Source: Lytechinus pictus
Lineage: Eukaryota
Reading direction: 5' to 3'
Length of the DNA stretch: 64,000 bases
Assembly: GCF_037042905.1 (NCBI RefSeq)
Contig: NC_087251.1
Location: 41,292,001 to 41,356,000 of the forward strand
Shown here: positions 51,601 through 60,600 of the stretch, in pieces
How the letters are laid out: every line of letters begins with the position of its first letter
Numbering within the stretch: position 1 is the stretch's first letter
Made by a program: the position numbers and the translations under genes
The notes under the pieces: generated by a model
Database searches by the model: none
What the model saw: the letters and a program-made list of their open reading frames with translations, nothing else
What the model was told of the DNA's origin: nothing

Positions 51601-54600
51601 TCTGCCTTTATTTTACAAATGAGACTAAAAGCCAAGCAAACAAACTCTGAAATGCCATAGTATTGGTCAGTATCGCATTTTACTTGCTATTTTGAAGAAA
51701 TATGCATGTAAAAATGTTGATTTCCTTTTATTTGTCTAGATTTTTTCTGCCATTTTTTCAGCACTGACACAAAAGGTGACACAATTTGTCAATGTGTTGT
51801 CAATATTTTCACAAATGCTGACCTTATCCTGATGATAGTTACATCACTTGGTAATTCAAAGTTGCTTTTAGGGGCCGGTGATAATGGAATTTCCAGATAT
51901 TAATTTCATTTTTAGATAAATGACTGTCCACTGAATATGGACACACATTCATCATAAATGAATCATTTCTAAAGGACATGTTTTAGCTTCATTCTTCTGA
52001 ATTTTTAGATGATTGATTTATTCTTCATGTCTCATTAACATGGTTTGAATAATGAGATTTATATTTTTTTTTAATGTAAATTGTTGCATGTTTACTATTT
52101 TCTTTGAATTTGTTATTTGTAATTTATTCATGTATTGTGCATTTGTGGTAACCCCCTTTTCATAAGCATTACTTCTCCGGTTTCTCCAAGTCATCTATGT
52201 ATTTTTTGTTTTAGTTACTTCGTGAATATTTTATTTTGTTTTGTTTATCCCATTGATGGTTGAATGAATGAACAAAAAACCCTGTGAGTGAGTGAATGAA
52301 TAATGAGAGTTATATCTTGTTTAATGAAAATTGATGAAATAAAAACATGAATATCTTCTACCCTCAGGATCAAGAGATCACTCCCGTGAAACGTAGCTAT
52401 GTCATCAATTCATTTGTCCATCGTCTAAAGCTACGTATATGGCAGGCAGCTATCATCATCCTCAATTTTCTTTCTCAGGTAAGATGCTTAAAGGGATGGG
52501 AAAATATTTCTTTTCTTTTGCAGCTATTAATAATGTAATCATAATTGAAAAACTTTACATGTAGGTCAGACAACAATCACCTGAAGTTTATAAGCCAATC
52601 TGTTGCTTAATTGCTGATATAATGATTACTCAGCCATAAGCATCCATATGGACACTTGAGTTATATCTGTAGGCTATGCAGGGAAATGATTATTTTTCAT
52701 TTACTTATTGCGAAGCACTAATGATTCTTATGAAATAAAATGTTCATGGTTTCCTCTCAAAACATTTTTGCATGCAGTGACAGCACATAGGGCCCCACAG
52801 CTGAGATTTATAATGCCTGTCATTTTGATTTTGTATAATAATAATAGGCATTTGTATAGCGCCATCTATCTAGAAACATCTATTCCGAGGCATATTCAAA
52901 TTGATCTATTGTTTTGTTGTTGTTTTTTGCATATATGTTCATATTTTTTATTTTGAAAAAGCAAAAAACTTGTTATTGCCATTATTGCTATATGCAGCGA
53001 TATTCATTTGATTATGTGCAATAGGATTTATTGTATTGTCTTGGATCTTATAGCTGTCATATTGATTTCGTTTTCGGATTGGTATATTTTCTTGCATATA
53101 TGTTTGAGTGTGCTATTAAGATCTGAAGAAAAAAAAAATGAATAGATTTTGGAAATCTGACCTGAAACAATAGTGCTTGTTATTATATTGCTGCTATATT
53201 CAGGGATGTTAATTTGCTGTATGATTTATTGAATTGTTTTTGGATTGTATAGGATTCCATGCCTCGTGTACTAACTAAGGTATTGCAATGTGTGAAAGCT
53301 GAGAATCAGACATCAGTACGTCATGTGATAGAGGTCTTTATTGTTAGAATGATTCATCTTAATCCTCATCTATTACAACAGTTCTGGGAGTATACTTCAC
53401 AGGTCAGTAATCATAATAATAGTATTAATAATGATAATAAGAATGATAATACATGTATAACTAAACTGGGTTCCAAAAGAAACTTATCAAACTTCACAAG
53501 CGCACTGCACAAATTCCACTCGGTCAAAATGAACAAAATTTTGATACAGGCTAGCTTCACAGTAATCTTTATTATAAAGCAGGGGCCGTGGAAGCGGGGG
53601 GGGGGGGGGCTTTTTTTTCCAAAACCGTGTACAAAAACGTAAAAATGACCATATGATTGTGATTTTTTGCATGGTCAGCCCCCCCCCCCACTTTGAATAC
53701 CGTTCCGCGGCCCCTGTAAAGCACATGTGAATAATTAAACCTTGAGCCTTGAAGAGTAATCCCTTTCAGCAGCTTTAAAGCTATCCCGGGATGAAAACAT
53801 TCTGTGTATCAGTGCGAGGTGCCATGGTGAGGTAATTTGAAATTTCACTTATATACATTAAAAGTGAGTGTGCACCATGCAAGTAAAAACTGCCTCTTGG
53901 TTTACAGCATAAGAGACCCAGTGCAGTGCGGCCTCTCTAAATACAGCTGGGTTTGTTCCTATTACAACAGGTCCTGGTAGGTAATTCAAAATTTTGACTA
54001 CGTGGGAAGAAAGAGAACATGTATGCATCAGTGGTTGCTTTTGGGATAGCATATTTAAGGCTGTGATCATGTCCAGTATATGTAGCAGCACCAATGGTAG
54101 GAGGAAATAGGTACAGCAACTAGATTATGATGAATTTTATGGAAGAGGGTACACTGGGCAAGAAGACGGCGTGTATGGAGACTATCCCATCCAAGTGCAG
54201 ACACAAGGGCTGAGGAAGATGTTGAGGTCTTGTGGTCACCAGGTACAAAGCGAGCAGCTGATCTTTGCACTTTTTCAATTGAGCTTACAATTGTAGCTGT
54301 ATGCGGGTTCCATGCCTCTGTGTATATTCCAATTGTGATATTCCAATATTCCGATTAAGAGATTGGTTTCTCACAAAGAGGCTGTAGCCCCTTGAATAAA
54401 TTGGTACCGGAAGTCACAAAATGGCAAAGGAAAGACCAATGGAAATGAGATGGGATTACACAAACTTTTTTACACAGTTTATTAAAGTTCACAGTATGAC
54501 CATCGGCATGTTTAATTAACTGCCTCAATAACTAAGAAGTTTCAGGAAGTTGAAATAACATTTTAAAAATGCTTGAGGTGAAAGAGGCATAATGTATGAA

Positions 54601-57600
54601 TGGACTCAATAGCAGTCATGACCATTTGGTTTAATCCCATCTCATTTCCATTGGTCTTTCTTTTGCTATTTTATGACTTTGGATTCGGAACCAATTGATT
54701 TCAGGGGCTACAACCAATCTCTTAATTATTGACATGTGCTTAGTAATGATTATTGAAGCTAGCCTGTGTCAATTTTTTTTCTCATTTTGACTTAGTGGAA
54801 TTTGTGTAGTGCGCTTGTGAAGTTTGATAAGTTTCTTTGGAACCGGGCCCAGTTTACATATAATGATGGTGGTGGTGGTGGTGTTGATGATGATGATGAT
54901 GATGATAAGAAGACGAAGCAGACAAAGGAGTAGGAGAAGAAGAAGTCTGGAGATTTATTCACTGAGCCACACAACTTCTAGAGTTTACACAGGAGCTGCA
55001 TTGTGCATGTTCGTCTTATATTCGTTTGTTGGTTTATATATTAATGTATCCACAGTAAATGTAGTCCCATAAAATTTGTTTAAACACAATCATACAGAGT
55101 GGCAGATGAATCCATATGCTTGTAATATTCATTTTGTTTCTATGTATTTATAGTGGGTTTTTTGGGGGGGGAGGGGGCAAGATTGACCACTTCCAGCACT
55201 CCTCATTTCCACCTCGCTCATTAGCATGGTTGCCAATTATTGTATATCTTGATTTCTGCCTTGTCTCACCATCAAAGGAATAATGATTTATGTATTTTTA
55301 AAATTTTATTTACAGGCAGCGAATAGTAAAGATATAAGTTTCTCCCCGTTAGTGATGATCATTGCACATCTTGGGATTGTACAGCCGAAGAACCAACAGG
55401 TTTGTATCGATTATAAACATCACATTTTTTTTTGTTGAAGTCAATTCTTATATGTGTAAATGGTGATGACTGCAAAATATACATACATGTATATAGTGTG
55501 ATGATTATTGTAATCAAAAGAGAGATTTCTGTCAGTGCAAAGGGAGATTCCATTTTTGTATCTGAAGGTGGAGTGCATGAGAATACTTCCGGAAGAGTGG
55601 CACTGAGAGGTCGGCATTTCCCCTGTATCTGCAAATGAAAAGTCTTGATTTGATATTTTTACTGAATTTGAATTCTAAAATTTTTGAGAAAATCGTCAAA
55701 TGCATTCTTTTAAGAAACATTAGTGAAATAAGATTATGCACTAAATATGCTTTGTAGAATGAAGCAACAGAATTAGAATTAGAAATGTTCACTTCTGGAT
55801 CATCATCATCATATTTTTTTCGCCTTCATTTTAGGAGTCCTTCTACCTGTATGCAATCCCAACAGTACTTCCATGGACATTTGTGTCTTCGATGGCACTG
55901 CGAATCCACGCACAGGTGGCGCTCTTCAAAATGTGGAAGAATTGTCAAGAGGCAGGGCTTACGGCTGTACTGGACAGGTTCCCAGGAGTAGCTGTTTGTA
56001 TGGACTTCACTCAGAACAATAGGTGAGCAGAGAAAGTAGGGCAACGAAACAAAAAAAACCTCTTATTTCAACGAGGCAAATATTTTCCAGTGATCACTTC
56101 AGCAAAACATTGGTGTCTCACTAATGGGGTGTTGCAAGAAACTTGCGATTGAACACAAATCGAACGCAACTCCCAAAATTGAGCGTAAGTCCTCCGATTA
56201 AACGCAAATCTGCAATTGAACGCAAGTTACGTTCAATCCTGTTGCAAAAACAGGTTGCGTTTGATCAATTGAACGTAGATCAAGCGCAAGCTTTGCAATT
56301 GATTGCAAATCGGCTGCAGTCGATTTGCAATCAATTGCAACGCCCCATAAGGCTTACTGATCAAACTTCATGATGTATTGCAATCATAGCCCTGACAGTC
56401 TATTGCCAATAATACATGAATGTGTTGTCCATGTAATGTTGGTAAAAAAAAATAATTGGAACTACAACACATCCATAGTAGATTTAAAGATCAAACTTGA
56501 ATGGTAGGAGACCTACCTCACATTGACTCATCAAAACTCAGCCACAACTGAATTGATCTTCACTGTGAAATAGAATAGTTTATAACTCTGTTACATGGGC
56601 ATCTTGTAATTTTGGGAACCAACCCGATGTAAAGAAACTAAACCTCAACTATTTTTTTTATTAATTCATGAGTTTGTAATTAATATGTATTCATGTGTTT
56701 GTGATTAATATATATTCATGAGTTTGTAATTAATATGTATTCAAATATTGAAGCTAAGCATTGTAAAGTTGTAGCAAACAATAGTTTCATGAGGGAGTCA
56801 TTTAAATCAATAAATTGTCATATCATTGTATATCTAAATCCGGGGGGCCATTGCATGAACTTATCTCAGTGAAATCATGAAATCTAGTAATGCATATGAT
56901 CACATTGAAGGTAATCAACACAGATAAACACATGTGGAATAGTGTATTTCTATTGCTTAGAAAAATTCCTGGTACATGGCTGAAATGTCATGCATATTTT
57001 TGTCTTTTTTCTTGGCAATTACTTGTTTTCTTTCCAGAATCGATTGACGCTTATTTATTATTTTTTTATGCATGCAAACACTTTGGTGGTCATTATATTG
57101 GATTCTGTTTGAACTCATTATGAGATTGGTATTTACCAAAACCAGCATTTATCTTAAAGCTACCTTTTTATTGGAAATAATGAAAGATTGATAAGAAGTT
57201 TAAAATGCCATCCCTCCTTGTCTTCCATCCATCCAGTGCTCTTCAGTCATTGAGAGAGAGAATGAAAGGGAATTTCTTCATCAGTCACTTCCATCCTATC
57301 GATCATTTTAGTGTTGAGACCATGGTGTATACCATGCCTCGATTGACCTTGGTCACTGATGATGAACTCATTCATCCAGAACTCTTCCTCATGTCAGATA
57401 CATCACCATGGAAACAGGACAACGATGATCTTATCGTACCCCTGTACAGCAGGACAGACACACTCAGGACGTGTAATCTCAAAGAAAAGCTGAAAAGTAG
57501 ATCAGGTTTGTTTGAAGACTCCCATGGGGTATCTGACACCAAAGTCTGTTTTTACGTTTAATTACGTTTGGTCTCTTTTAAAGCCAAAAGTTTTGGGTAA

Positions 57601-60600
57601 TGAGTCTTATACCTGAGCAAAAGGTTGTCTTTTATATGTTTTGCAAGAGAGTAACTTAAATTTTTTCATGAACACATGTTCTTCATATTCTGGGGCCTGT
57701 TGCAGAAAGAGTTGCGTTTAAACGCAAGTCAAAATATCAAGCGCAAGTCCCGAATACGGGTGCTTCATTGGCTGAAAATCAAGTTTTGTTGAGTTGCGTT
57801 TGATCGCAACTCTTTCTGCATCGGGCCCCTGGTCTGAAATAATGCTTCTAGTTAGGTGATTATTTGACTTTAAATAGAAGGTAGACTTTAATATGCAGAG
57901 TCTACTGAGTGGCTATGTTGTAATGTATTAACAATCAAGGAAAATCTGTTTGGATTTACAAAAATGGTTGATCAATTTTTTAAATTAAATTCATTGAATG
58001 TTTTATTCCTTCCAGTTGTATTTGTATTTACCTCTTTACTTGATTCAAGAAATATTGATTTTTTGCTGTAAACCATGTTTTCTCTATAAACGCACGAAAC
58101 ATGTAATGTTTGGGTATACTGATTACTTTATGAACAGTGAAAGATGCTGAGATCTGCGAGGGACATTGGACAGAGGATGGATCAGGAGATATCCAGAAGA
58201 AGATTACACCCTGGAAAGATTCACATATACCCGGCTTGGAATCCTCTCAAGGTCAAAGGTCACCAAGGGGTCATCTTGTAGTTGTTGCTTCGCTCGTTGA
58301 CAGGATACCAAATCTTGGAGGTTTGTTTACTTTTACCATGGTTCCCAGGGGGAGGGAGGGAGGGTGGGCACTGCCATCTAAAGGTGGACTCCATGCTCAT
58401 TATCAAACGCATGTAAAATGGGTTGTTTTGTTCGATGGAGGAAGAGTAATAAGATTAAACCAAGAAGTTTTGTAACTGAAATTGCAATGGGAAATCAATA
58501 TTTCAAGCAGCTGTTCATTTCTAAAGAAGCACTGAAGAAACTACAGCAGTATTGTTGCCTTTGTCAGCTGCCAGTTTCATAGGGTAAACCGAGGAATGAT
58601 TTTTTTTGTAATTGTTCAATTAATATATCACCTTTTATATCAATAAGCAAACTGTTATTTGAGCGCAATTCCTAAGCCATATTGCTGTAAGAAATTCGGC
58701 TAGATTGTATCAAGTAATCTCTAATTAGTGAAGAAAGTAAGAATTTGACCTTTAGAAAAACCTGATTTTGACACTTTTCTGATTACTCCTTACAAATACA
58801 AAATTAAAATGTGGTTGTTAGAATATTGTTGTTCATAATTTTATCGGTCAGATTAGTGCCCATACATACCCAGTCAAGTAAGTGTGAGTCATATTTAAGA
58901 AGATATTGCACCATTGCATTTCGCATGCCTCTGAAAAGGTAAGAATTATGTACTGCACATATTACCAGCCCGAGATGCTGCTAAAAGTGATTATCATCAC
59001 AAATGCATAGGCCCCTGTTTTTCCTTTCTACATGACCTGTTCGTAAGGAGTTGTGCAGGAATCTTTTCTCTACACATTTGTTCAGAAAATTTAACAAAGT
59101 GTGTGCCTTACATTCTTTTTGCTTGCGGTTTCGGACTTTGTTCAACGGGAATTACATGTAGCTTGCTATTAATCCATCTCTATTTAATTATAATAATAAT
59201 AATAGCCAATTTTTATAAAGCGCTTTTCCCAGAACGGCCCAAAGCGCGTTACAGCATATTATTACCCCGGTCATTGGATTCATTTCAATCCCGCACGAAA
59301 AGTGCACAATTTCCACTCCCTGGCGAGCATTCCTTGCATTCATCGCAGCCTCATTATGGCGCTGGCAAATTAAAACATACAATATCTTTCGCATCCTACC
59401 GGGTACCCATTTAGCACCTGGGTCGAGAGTGGCAAAGTGTGGATTAACGCCTTGCCAAAGGACGCTAGACAGCGGTGGGATTCGAACACATGACCCTCTG
59501 TTTGCAAGACAAGAGTCAGAACCACTACACCACGGCTCTTCCAAGGGTTTGTGTCCGTGAGTCGATTGGTTTCTTAATAATTTGTAACTTTGTTGGTGAC
59601 TTTGGGATGAAATGAATGAACGAACCAAACCAATGATAACGAACATCATTTTGCTCTGTAGATCATTGTGAGAAGACTTATGTTTGTACTTGTTGGTCAG
59701 ATTTTTTGCCCCCTCGGTATATTACTGACAAAGTTGTTTTCTTTCCATTTTGCCCTCATCTTCAGGTCTGTGTCGTACCTGTGAAATATTTGGTGCATCC
59801 TGTCTTGTGCTTGGTAACCTGGCTTTGAAAGATCATCAAGATTTCCTGAGTCTCAGTGTATCTGCAGAAAGATGGCTTCCGATCAGAGAGGTAAGACTGA
59901 TCTCATTTCCAAGGTCTTCCCACCAGGCCTAGGATAACCTTGCTTTCCATTTTGAAACATGCCCCGAAAGTGCACAGATGACTTCTATGGTTTAAAGTGT
60001 CTGGTGTTTTTCTAAGTTTTAGTTCAAATTGAAGATTTAGCGCTCAGCGGAAAATCTTTTAATGTAGACAAACCTTAGTCACAATCGAGCTTGCGGACCC
60101 TCCCCATTTACCTCGCTCTGTAGACTTTATATTGATTTGGTCTATTAGCAATTGGTCTACCTTTCAGACATTCTGATACCACATGGGCTAAACCCATTTG
60201 TTGTAGTTTCTGTATGGTCTACATTACACTTGGTCTAATACCCACTATGTCCAATTCTCATTTAGTCCAATGGCCAGTTGGTTTAGTTTCCACTTCATCT
60301 ACTTTCCATACTTTGTTAAATGAAAATTTGTTTCATATACAGTTCATCTAACTCTGTAGATGAAAGCAGATATTACATTACATGGGTAAAGCCTAAATTG
60401 GAATAAGACAAAATGATGAAAAGACTAATAATAATAGCAATAATAATATGCAGTTCTTGTATAGCGCATATCACATTATGAATAATGTCTCTATGCGCTT
60501 CCAAAGGACTTGGATATTATTACCCCAGCTGTAGCTTGGCAGCCGTAATTACTCAGATTACAGTGCACACGCATTTCAAGGAATAAATTCCTGCCAGGTA

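Larger units (their letters stand above)
53466..54852. mobile_element. Long-TIR non-autonomous element carrying three nested inserts
   Basis: GAAACTTATCAAACTTCACAAGCGCACT.CACAAATTCCACT...CAGGCTAGCTTCA (53466-53558) inverted at 54753-54852. Confidence 0.7.
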
